Shown: positions 12,001 to 19,543 of the stretch, in pieces
Numbering within the stretch: position 1 is the stretch's first letter
Layout: each line of letters starts with the position of its first letter
Source: a virus
Taxonomy: Duplodnaviria > Caudoviricetes
Strand: one strand, 5' to 3'
Virus record (IMG/VR): IMGVR_UViG_3300012953_000037
Span: 1-57,774 of that record
DNA: 57,774 nt
The notes under the pieces: generated by a model
The model's input: only the letters and a program-made list of their open reading frames with translations
Told to the model about the DNA's origin: nothing
Databases searched by the model: none
Translations under genes and position numbers: made by a program

Positions 12001-14230
12001 TTATTCAGTGGAAGCTGGTAATATTACCGGTACCCGAACATATTATCGATGGTTCAAGAATACGACAAACTCAGTACAAAGAGATTTTAGAATTATATAC
12101 AGAGGCTCGACAGAGCTCATTCCATACGGGAATGCCTTCGGCACAAACTCCATCAAAGTTTCAGTAAAATTACCCAATACCGTAAGTGGGCAATCAACCG
12201 GTTGGATGGATGCGAATTCTCCATTTTCTATGTTCCAATATGGTGACAACGATGGTGGATACATTCTCCCCTCAGGAACAGGATTTGATTCTACGATTGG
12301 GGGAACTAATTCTACGAACTACTTCACAGTTGGCCAGAAAACGATCCAACCAGATGAATGTGTTATCGTCAGAGTCGAAGCTGACACTAGCTGGACAGGC
12401 AACTTATCTTCATTAGTTGTAAATTGGGGAGCAAGCAGTGCTGGTAATACGGCGCCAGGTGCGATCCCTGCAGTAGAATACTTAGAGACTTTGAACGGAG
12501 CCCAAGGAGGCGTATCTGCCAAATTAAGCTTTGGTGCAACTCATACTGTTGCAAATTATACACCGGTAGTAAATGTGCATACGGGTGTTGGTGGAACAGA
12601 CGTTAATGAACAATTTGCAACTAGCTCTCCTTCGAGAGGCACTCATACAACTGTATCTGTTTCTGGAGACACAAATCATTCTCACTCATTTCAATTTTTA
12701 GACGGCCATCTCGGGGAATTAATCCTAGAAATCAATGGAGCCGAAGAAAGTGACTACACTATAGATTTAGAAGACTATACATTGTCGGGGGATCATAGAG
12801 TGGCCAACACTGGCTTCTACAGCGTTTCCCAAGCCTTACCGGTGACTTATTCAAATGGTCTTCCAAATTACTCTAGAATATATCGAACTGCAGCATTTAG
12901 GGTAGATACATCGTTGATGCGACAAGGTCACAATTATGTAAGGGCTATCCATCGGATTGGAGCTACCGACTATAGTACGAATTATATCGATTGGGTCGTT
13001 GATTCTAATACCGAAACATTGCAGATTACAACTGCAGTCATGGATAACTGGTCTGATCTTAATATTATTTCAATGTCTGGTATTAAATATTTTAGTTCTC
13101 CAGAGTCGCTCATGAGATACACTGTCGAAAAACTATATGCAAACGTTTACAGCGATAGAAATGATGCTGCAGGATGGTCATCTATAAATACATTAGACAT
13201 AACAGAAACTCGAATAACAGGGTCAGGGATCGATGGAAAAACAGTGACCACGAATCAGACTTCATTGCCGAACTTGAATAAACAGCCGAATTGTCAGCTC
13301 GAAGATGTGATGGTTGAGTCTACCATCATTTGGAACGGGCCTAATAAAGTCTTACCCGGCAGTTTCGGAGTAAATTCGAACAGATCTGTAAGCTCTACTG
13401 GGACTGTGTATCACCCGTTGAAAGCGCCATTCGGCAATGGGAAACACACTGGTGCACTCAGCAAAACAAACTTTTTGATAAACACTATTTCTAATTCCTC
13501 GACAGAAGCGACAAATGAGAATTTCTCTTCGGAAGATTATCGTCTCCCTGACACAAGTTATGTGATTGCTAGCGATATTACAGCTGCGGATTGGGATGAA
13601 ACTCAATCTGTTATCATCGCACCTTACGAAAATGGCATGGTTCAATACAATGGTTATTTAATTGCTCCATCCAAAGCAGGGGCGAATGGTGATTTCACTT
13701 CTGTGAATGACGGCGGCATATATCAAGGCCCAGATGGTAATGTAGATTATTCAGATATGAATTCTCAAGTTTCTGAAAGAGTATACTTGAGGCCTTTCTA
13801 TAATAACACTACACAGGACAGAAGTACTATAACAATTAACATTGAAGGCTCCGGCGTTCTGACATCGAATAAAAGTGGTTCAGGCGGTGATAATAATGCA
13901 GGGCCTATTGAAGACTCAAACCGGTTCAAGCTATATGTCAAGCTTGTGGAAGATTCGGCAGCTACGCATGCATTTTCGACAACTGGTTGGTTAGATGCTG
14001 GAGAGCCAGCCAATTATGGAAATCAAGATGGTGATGGTGTATCGTTGTTGCCAGTTTCGAATGATGGTTTGTCGCTATCATTGACGAATAACTCGTCATT
14101 TAATATAGAGCTTCCTACTGGGAGAAATCTTTTCTCAACTGGATCGCAGCAACCTCGGAATTACCTCATAATTAAAATCATAGCTCATAAAAATTGGAGT
14201 GGGCACATCACTCGTTTGGGATGGGAGTAG
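9083..14230 (+). CDS. Giant (1715 aa) modular virion structural protein
   Basis: Two GK(T/G)(N/H)T...RxW.xD..xG..FQ modules, a Gly hinge, the AEDGQYTDGLF...DRFNEVLKALAP linker and two ~550-aa domains. Overlaps the upstream gene by 17 nt. Confidence 0.7.
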   Translation: MSLTTDTQRKRALKTVSGKTNTLNTKSIFEESISSIVPSHRDHVFSETIPTAATNPTLYQVNGPCEYVRFELEYISNSGSSSFWTVDPESKSGSSQVVLNEDINNDNDTGVEYVELPSSYDGRHAYAVKLPADYLDNSSNPKKDRVKYQNSALLHESNFKLQIVGLQHGQGYFPKLFSGVGVGAVEIPQDDRRDWIYDSAAGVVFQQNPPGPGDFPTNPTYIEGWLYIGDYLDESINSISGSIAVDIDTLQDDIVDLQNGGSSATTAIENDLVVKKLLGKGHTSPHKRHYNESIASYIYSNASHIPASAPPVVGATSYPFFHIESDKVEFLRLSGSYVDSGQSVDGRHGIKLHLPNDYVAQSSNSKKGSGHWFNGQAIHGTSGSIQLVPPFFNDNDSNYEATAYYFDDTTNALAVIPPEDERNWHIDYQAGILFQDAPEDTADLDPVYVDAWVWVGGMVSEGVGSGGGGGGPVGQPGGGGNGTIGAAEDGQYTDGLFSDFTETTAIGTAVDRFNEVLKALAPNPAPAMKEINYNVVGGTTFSGKLAFDGTHQSANFPFASVETYTQQGYAGFGALTVNDVYQSDGKIEADGNIDGTDLYFYKVGVISGNTVRIEGIINFSVQARVTANGVVQHEADVFGDADTGNLYLELNGENIHNINLASVIGAGDPPNGTDDSFELNGSGFIEISEPEPAVTEGGVIFPIFKSRSASFVIQAESMRSGHNKVRVKHNKGSVETVSNYVEWVWDDTTDQITFANSTVSVIDQQGSTYISGVRYHSDIELRYTTDILNVYKPIYSTNSIITNSSVGTSSAMPIPLVANGEDMEKTIAFQNDIEVEGASEPLINEVVDISATVPHPIRGESTGGNIQSQPILIYNPTSTAAPTSEDFVLEDFRLRSDVFTSQPAGLGSGFYDGSVLWDSELHMSGSNTDHSDGLQVWNGKLVSPINSIDTTRVGDFRNISDGGVLVTYDDNPDYSVEAGNITGTRTYYRWFKNTTNSVQRDFRIIYRGSTELIPYGNAFGTNSIKVSVKLPNTVSGQSTGWMDANSPFSMFQYGDNDGGYILPSGTGFDSTIGGTNSTNYFTVGQKTIQPDECVIVRVEADTSWTGNLSSLVVNWGASSAGNTAPGAIPAVEYLETLNGAQGGVSAKLSFGATHTVANYTPVVNVHTGVGGTDVNEQFATSSPSRGTHTTVSVSGDTNHSHSFQFLDGHLGELILEINGAEESDYTIDLEDYTLSGDHRVANTGFYSVSQALPVTYSNGLPNYSRIYRTAAFRVDTSLMRQGHNYVRAIHRIGATDYSTNYIDWVVDSNTETLQITTAVMDNWSDLNIISMSGIKYFSSPESLMRYTVEKLYANVYSDRNDAAGWSSINTLDITETRITGSGIDGKTVTTNQTSLPNLNKQPNCQLEDVMVESTIIWNGPNKVLPGSFGVNSNRSVSSTGTVYHPLKAPFGNGKHTGALSKTNFLINTISNSSTEATNENFSSEDYRLPDTSYVIASDITAADWDETQSVIIAPYENGMVQYNGYLIAPSKAGANGDFTSVNDGGIYQGPDGNVDYSDMNSQVSERVYLRPFYNNTTQDRSTITINIEGSGVLTSNKSGSGGDNNAGPIEDSNRFKLYVKLVEDSAATHAFSTTGWLDAGEPANYGNQDGDGVSLLPVSNDGLSLSLTNNSSFNIELPTGRNLFSTGSQQPRNYLIIKIIAHKNWSGHITRLGWE

Positions 14231-14234
14231 CTGA

Positions 14235-15647
14235 ATGGCACAAAGACCGTTTAAGACCGAAAGAAACTTAGCGCAATATGCGGCTAAGAAAGTTGTTGGA
14301 AAGGCTCATACCCATGCGTTTAAGTCTGACTTAGCAGAATTGTATCCTTCCGGAATTCAATTGAGTTCATTTACTATCTTTGGTGAAGAGGTTCCATCCT
14401 CACCGATAGAAGAGCCCACAGACTCGATGTTTGGGAATGCGAACAATGTACAGTTAGTGACCCTATGGCCAGTAGAAATCGATGGGACAATTTATGATGC
14501 AGATCAGAGCTCTGAATACGGTGGTGACGACAGCCCTCAACAGGAAGGCCCTCATGCTTGGTATCTTAAGTTGCCTGACGATTATGAGGCTCAGTCAGCT
14601 GGACAATTTCCAGAAGTAGGTTCTGGTGTTTTCGTGAATGACCAAGCTGTGTATTCAACTTTGGGAAAACTCCAAATTGTACCAGCGTCTATGTATCTTA
14701 ATTCATCGAACCCAGGATCAAATCCATACGCACCGAAAATATACACGTGGAATGGAACTAGCGAAGCAACAGTATCCAACAACCCTCTTTTCCCATCTGA
14801 CGCACTTGACTGGTTTTTCGACTCTTACAATGGGATCATCTTCTTTCAGGAATATGAAAACAATCCAAAGAGAGTACCATATAAAGTGGAATGCTACATT
14901 TACACTGGAAAATTTTCTAATGACACCGGCGGCGGTGGCGGTGGAGGAGGTGGCGGAGAAGCAATCTCCGGAGTGCAAAACTATTCGAATGTATTTACCG
15001 AGACTTTGGATGCCGAAGTACCTCATGTTATCGATGGATTCGATTTTGAATTTACTCCTTTCTCGTATGAATCCCTAAACGTGTATCTCAATGGCCAGTA
15101 TCTTCTGTACGGTGAGATCGCCGCTTTTGACGCAGGAGAATGTGATTATACCATAGTGTTCAATGCCAATATTACAGAGATAAAATTTAAGATGGATTTG
15201 AATGCTGCAGACGTTCTTTCGATCAGTTATCTTGGTGGCGTAAATTTAGCAACCAAATCAGTTGTATTATGGGAAGCAGATGCATCTATGGATTCAGCTA
15301 GGGTAATCACAGCAGGTGACGGAATTACGATAACCACGCCAAATCCAACAACATTATTAGTTTCGAATACGGGTCTACTCCAAAGGACAAAAATTCACCA
15401 AGAAGCTCTACAAGGATACTTGGCAGATTCTGCTAGTGACATATTTACAGTGACAGGAACTGACATTTTCTCTTCGGTGAATTATGAAGATGCAAGAATA
15501 GATATATTCTTAGATGGAGTTATGCTTCTCAAGGGGATTCACTATGAGTTGGAAGACTCAGATAATTCGTTAAGTACGTCGCAATTTAGACTCAAAGGGT
15601 CTACTGTGATCCAAAGTGGCGACATAGTCACTATAGTTTTGTTCTAA
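14235..15647 (+). CDS. Modular virion structural protein (470 aa)
   Basis: KKVVGKAHT...DWFFDSYNGIIFFQ module, a poly-Gly hinge and two (V/I)(Y/F)L(N/D)G...D.(V/L) beta modules. Confidence 0.7.
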   Translation: MAQRPFKTERNLAQYAAKKVVGKAHTHAFKSDLAELYPSGIQLSSFTIFGEEVPSSPIEEPTDSMFGNANNVQLVTLWPVEIDGTIYDADQSSEYGGDDSPQQEGPHAWYLKLPDDYEAQSAGQFPEVGSGVFVNDQAVYSTLGKLQIVPASMYLNSSNPGSNPYAPKIYTWNGTSEATVSNNPLFPSDALDWFFDSYNGIIFFQEYENNPKRVPYKVECYIYTGKFSNDTGGGGGGGGGGEAISGVQNYSNVFTETLDAEVPHVIDGFDFEFTPFSYESLNVYLNGQYLLYGEIAAFDAGECDYTIVFNANITEIKFKMDLNAADVLSISYLGGVNLATKSVVLWEADASMDSARVITAGDGITITTPNPTTLLVSNTGLLQRTKIHQEALQGYLADSASDIFTVTGTDIFSSVNYEDARIDIFLDGVMLLKGIHYELEDSDNSLSTSQFRLKGSTVIQSGDIVTIVLF

Positions 15648-15685
15648 ACAGTTAGGCAAATGAAAGGTAGGAAGAGTTCGAGCAG

Positions 15686-15693
15686 TATAATTA
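15686..15693 (+). promoter_or_regulatory. Putative late promoter TATAATTA
   Basis: Recurrent intergenic octamer, starting 38 nt before the ATG at 15724. Resembles the T4 late promoter TATAAATA. Confidence 0.65.
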
Positions 15694-15723
15694 GACATAA
15701 GAAAAATTAAGGAAACAAATATT

Positions 15724-15942
15724 ATGACATACAAGACATCCGATTTATCTATCGCCGCTTACCTCATGATGAAAGGTATGAAATTGCTAGACGCTAAACG
15801 CGCGCAATCCGGCCAGTTTATGTTTGAGTTTGACGATCCTAATGGGAAAGGTGTTCAGTTAGCAATCGAATTCACTGGGTCCGAGTGCGCAGTGTACGAT
15901 AACCACGTAAGAAACTTGAAAAAAATATTATATCGAAATTAA
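15724..15942 (+). CDS. Small DUF5659-like protein (72 aa)
   Basis: The pattern YKTSDLSIAAYL..KG..L......G...FEF matches my recollection of DUF5659. AAGGA RBS and own promoter motif. Confidence 0.65.
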   Translation: MTYKTSDLSIAAYLMMKGMKLLDAKRAQSGQFMFEFDDPNGKGVQLAIEFTGSECAVYDNHVRNLKKILYRN

Positions 15943-15976
15943 TTTGAATTAATTTTGTCAAGTTTATTGTCCAGTG

Positions 15977-15984
15977 TATACTTA
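15977..15984 (+). promoter_or_regulatory. Putative late promoter variant TATACTTA
   Basis: One mismatch to the octamer. Intergenic, 117 nt before the ATG at 16094. Confidence 0.45.
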
Positions 15985-16093
15985 GAATTCGAAAGCGGAT
16001 TTTAGTTTGAGTTTCTTGTTAGAGAAATTTTCATGAAAATACGATCAATATATGGTCGAACAAAAAACAACTAATTTCTAATGGAGAAATACT

Positions 16094-17875
16094 ATGGCTA
16101 TTAAGTCTAGAATTCGTCTCAACCAGATCCAAGACGAGGTCGGTGACCTTGCTGTTGGACAAGGTGGTGCTCATGCATCTGAGGCAAACTTACAAGATGT
16201 TCTTTTGAACCTCTCTGACATGCTCGAAAGACGTTTCGGTATCGATAAACTTACGGGTACTTCTGCAGCTGCAGATTCTTACGGCTCTCTTTTTGCTGAA
16301 AGAGCTGAAGAAGGTGCTGCTATCATTTACGCATTCGGTCGTTCCGATGACATGGTTATCAGAAACAACGGTTCCGGTGCAGTCGATATCGATTCTGCTG
16401 CTGGCATTGATATAGACGCTGCTGGCGCTCTTTCTCTGGCGGGTGCTGCAGCTTCTGATCTTAGCATTTCTGACGGTGGATTGACTATCACTTCAGCTGC
16501 TACTGCAGACGATATGGATACTGTTGTATCTCATACCGGTGCTTTTGATGCTTCTTTACTTGTTTCTTCAACAGGTACTGGCTCTGACGCATTGAGCTTG
16601 TCTACTTCAGTTGGTGGAATGGTTATCAATTCTGCTGATGTACTTGACATCGATGCAGCTGCTAATGCTACATTCAATTCAGCTGCAGCTGTTGAGATCA
16701 CTGGTGGAACAGCTTCTTTCTTGAAAGCTACTACAGAAGATCTTACCGTTGAAGCTGTTGCTGCTAGCTTGAATCTTTTAGCTGCTGAAGCTGATTCTGC
16801 TGCGATTAGCATCCAAGCATCTGCTGGTGGTATTGATATGGACGCTGCTACTATCATTAATATTGATTCTGCACATGACTCTTCTACAGGCGATGCTGCT
16901 ATCGAAATCATTGCTTCTGGTACTGAAGGTATGATCAGCTCTACCGCTACTGATTATTATATCACAGCTTCTAGAGAGCTTATGTATGCTGATTCTGTTG
17001 ATGCCCTTGGCAATGCACAAAATCTTGAAGCATCGTTCCAATACGACAGTGTTGATAACTCTCAAACTAAAATATCATTAACTAACAAGACTGGTTCTGG
17101 CGGAAGCGCTGTAAAGCTGGAAGCTGCTGCTGGTGGTGTTGCTGTTAGTGCTGTTAAGAAATTCAGAACTTCTTCTGAAAGAGCTCATGAATTTACGGCT
17201 GGTTTAGCTGAAACAGTTCCGGGTACATTTGACTATGCACTCTCAATCGCTGGTGCTTCTACTGCTAATTCATTGGCTTATGGTGCAGACGGTTTCCAAG
17301 CTGATTTGGATGACGCTGACGCAGATGACCAAAAGTATCTTCGTGGTACTATGTGGTTTGAAGATGTACACGCAGCTGGCGGTGACGCATGGGCTGTAGG
17401 TCAAGGTCTTGCTCTTTCTGCTGGTTCAGACGAATGGGATCAATACAGATCTGCTTTCGGTGAAGTTTCCCTTTTGGGTGCTTTGGCACAAGCTGCTGTA
17501 GGTTCTGCTGACGCTTTCCACATGGAATTTGAAGTCGTAAATGCAGCTGGGATTCCAGCGGACTCTGATCTTTTCCAAATGACATACTCTGATCAAGCTG
17601 TTCTTGCTAACGCTACTAACAGTCCAGACGTTATCGTTTTGGACGAAGAAGGTACTCTTGTCACTGCAAACGCCGAAGGTGCTTCTTTGATGGGTGCTGG
17701 TACTTCTTTAGCTGAGCTTAAAGAAAGAATTGAAGTCTATGTTAATGGTCAAAGAATGTCTGGTGCATTCGCTGATTACGACATCGCTTCACTTCACAAC
17801 GGTAATGCAGAGCAATTGAACCTTGATTTCAACTTCGATTTGGAAGAAGGTGACATTGTTATCATCAAAGCATAA
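16094..17875 (+). CDS. Ala/Asp/Ser-rich virion fibre-like protein (593 aa), probably highly expressed
   Basis: GGAG RBS. Beta-repeat pattern (IDIDAA, GGIDMDAA, GGMVINSA). C-terminal EVYVNGQ...DY...FNFDLEEGDIVII module. Strong GCT/GGT/TCT/ACT codon bias like the MCP. Followed by a terminator. Confidence 0.7.
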   Translation: MAIKSRIRLNQIQDEVGDLAVGQGGAHASEANLQDVLLNLSDMLERRFGIDKLTGTSAAADSYGSLFAERAEEGAAIIYAFGRSDDMVIRNNGSGAVDIDSAAGIDIDAAGALSLAGAAASDLSISDGGLTITSAATADDMDTVVSHTGAFDASLLVSSTGTGSDALSLSTSVGGMVINSADVLDIDAAANATFNSAAAVEITGGTASFLKATTEDLTVEAVAASLNLLAAEADSAAISIQASAGGIDMDAATIINIDSAHDSSTGDAAIEIIASGTEGMISSTATDYYITASRELMYADSVDALGNAQNLEASFQYDSVDNSQTKISLTNKTGSGGSAVKLEAAAGGVAVSAVKKFRTSSERAHEFTAGLAETVPGTFDYALSIAGASTANSLAYGADGFQADLDDADADDQKYLRGTMWFEDVHAAGGDAWAVGQGLALSAGSDEWDQYRSAFGEVSLLGALAQAAVGSADAFHMEFEVVNAAGIPADSDLFQMTYSDQAVLANATNSPDVIVLDEEGTLVTANAEGASLMGAGTSLAELKERIEVYVNGQRMSGAFADYDIASLHNGNAEQLNLDFNFDLEEGDIVIIKA

Positions 17876-17906
17876 TTTTTGCTGATTGAAATACTTGTTA
17901 TTTCGG

Positions 17907-17935
17907 GGGCCTGTGTATACACAGGCCCTTTCTTT
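17907..17935 (+). terminator. Rho-independent terminator
   Basis: Perfect 22-bp palindrome GGGCCTGTGTATACACAGGCCC followed by TTTCTTT, just after the 16094-17875 gene. Confidence 0.75.
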
Positions 17936-17937
17936 AT

Positions 17938-17945
17938 TATAATTA
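17938..17945 (+). promoter_or_regulatory. Putative late promoter TATAATTA
   Basis: Exact octamer, 37 nt before the ATG at 17975. Confidence 0.65.
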
Positions 17946-17974
17946 ATTTGAAAATAAACACTCCGGAGAAGATG

Positions 17975-18352
17975 ATGCTGACCAAAGAAATAATTGAAAA
18001 CATCGAAGAAATCAAAAGTGAACTTGAAAAAGTGAATGATGGTGTTGCTGCAACAAAGAAAGTTGCAGAAGCCGTGATTGCGCAAGTACAAGGAAAATTT
18101 CAAGAATACAGTGGTACCCAGTCTGTTGATGAAAGAATAAAAATTCTAGTCGATAGTTCACAGGGTTGCGTGAAAATCGTAGAAGATTTTCATAATGACT
18201 TAGAAAAACAAGTGGGCGACTTGAAATTACAAATCTCTACGTTGGAGACATTATTAGATCGGGTTTCTAAATTCGAAGACGATGCTGGCCAACAAACCAT
18301 CTCAATCGAAGATGAAGGGGAAAAAAAATCGGAAGGAGAAGAAGTCAAGTGA
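17975..18352 (+). CDS. Hypothetical coiled-coil protein (~125 aa)
   Basis: GGAG at 17965-17968 favours ATG 17975 (or 17972) over the track start at 17879, which would span a terminator. Heptad-like E/K-rich sequence. Confidence 0.65.
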   Translation: MLTKEIIENIEEIKSELEKVNDGVAATKKVAEAVIAQVQGKFQEYSGTQSVDERIKILVDSSQGCVKIVEDFHNDLEKQVGDLKLQISTLETLLDRVSKFEDDAGQQTISIEDEGEKKSEGEEVK

Positions 18353-18482
18353 TCCTCAGGCCTTGAAGTTATACGAAGAAAACAAGAATAGAGGCAAGCG
18401 ACCTTTCAAGACAAGGTCTGGCCCTAGAGAAAGGCCTGTTGGTATTAGACAGCAACGCAATGCAAAGCGAGCTAGCGAATAG
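18312..18482 (+). CDS. Basic ORF in the +1 frame overlapping the previous gene; possible frameshift extension
   Basis: Fills the otherwise empty 18353-18482 gap. No clear RBS. The overlap contains GGGGAAAAAAAA. Confidence 0.35.
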   Translation: MKGKKNRKEKKSSDPQALKLYEENKNRGKRPFKTRSGPRERPVGIRQQRNAKRASE

Positions 18483-18516
18483 CTGTCTGTTTCGTATACG
18501 AAATTCTCCAATTGTG

Positions 18517-18524
18517 TATAATTA
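18517..18524 (+). promoter_or_regulatory. Putative late promoter TATAATTA
   Basis: Exact octamer, 31 nt before the ATG at 18548. Confidence 0.65.
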
Positions 18525-18547
18525 ACAATAGTTCGGGAGAGTTATCG

Positions 18548-19543
18548 ATGGCAGGGTTTTTAGATCCAAAGCAACGAGTGATGGATGTCATATTAACAGA
18601 GATCGGTCGTGCACAAATGACAAAAGGCGATTTTGACGTAAAATTTGTCTCTTTTAGTGATGACGGTGTAGAATACGTAGATGGCGGTGGTGGCGTACTT
18701 GAACCAATAACAGAGCGCCTCTTTTTCGAAGCTTTTAGCAAGCCATCGGATGAAATCATTCCGGAAGTAGATTCTCTTGGAAAATTTATCATAGATCAAT
18801 CAATGCCCGGGAATCTCGAAGTCAAGAATGGCGTTCTCTTCGAAACATCCAATCCGAATGGGTATAAAGAAGTAGATGGCTATAGTCGTATATCTAGCTT
18901 CTGTGAGAATACTACTAGCCGCTTCAATGCATTGGGCATTCTCAATACAATCACAGGTACAGAAGATTTTTCATTAGACAAATATAGTTTTGATACTTTG
19001 GGCGTTCCAGACGGAGTTGTTTCTGAGGACATTCCCCCTCTAGATAGTGTCTTACCTCTTTCGATCGACCCTAGATTCGAAAACCAATTGAACATGAGGT
19101 ATCTTCCTCCTGTGGTATCAACTGCGGCAGGTGACGTAAATCTTCGAAGTTTCAACAAGTGGACAGATTCAGAAGGTACTTCTGAGTTCTACCCAACTTT
19201 GACAAACTTGCAAGTGAAATTGGAAGAAATAAAAAATTCTGCTGTTGGTGAAGCTACGATAGATGATGAATTACCTCTACCAACAAGAATAACAATCGGG
19301 TCATTAGATTCTAAAGACTTCGAGAGATACGACATACTAGGCCAAGTATTTGTAAAAAAGAAACAAACATTGAAAAAATACGTGATAATCGATGCTGGTG
19401 AGTTTTTCAATGTAGAAAACGAGCCTGTATGTCGTATATATTTTCTAGGTTTCGTATATAAGGATCAGTTTGGTACAACAAAATTTGCAAGAGAGTTTTC
19501 AATGATATTTCATAACGGAGAAATCGATGAGGTCGGAACATGA
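18548..19543 (+). CDS. Putative baseplate/collar structural protein; N-terminus paralogous to 29012-29623
   Basis: GGGAG RBS supports ATG 18548. MAGFLD...DVILTEIGRAQM...FSDDGVEY resembles MGFLD...DAVLTDKGRKKLA...FADPEVDY. Confidence 0.55.
   Translation: MAGFLDPKQRVMDVILTEIGRAQMTKGDFDVKFVSFSDDGVEYVDGGGGVLEPITERLFFEAFSKPSDEIIPEVDSLGKFIIDQSMPGNLEVKNGVLFETSNPNGYKEVDGYSRISSFCENTTSRFNALGILNTITGTEDFSLDKYSFDTLGVPDGVVSEDIPPLDSVLPLSIDPRFENQLNMRYLPPVVSTAAGDVNLRSFNKWTDSEGTSEFYPTLTNLQVKLEEIKNSAVGEATIDDELPLPTRITIGSLDSKDFERYDILGQVFVKKKQTLKKYVIIDAGEFFNVENEPVCRIYFLGFVYKDQFGTTKFAREFSMIFHNGEIDEVGT

Noticed and set aside
14928-14958. GGN trinucleotide runs (also near 10478 and 21541) as contingency repeats
   Set aside because: Mixed codons encode in-frame poly-Gly hinges. 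They are not pure repeats that would cause phase variation.
17879-17974. Longer hydrophobic N-terminus for the coiled-coil ORF given in the track
   Set aside because: It would run through a terminator and a promoter motif. The RBS supports ATG 17975/17972.
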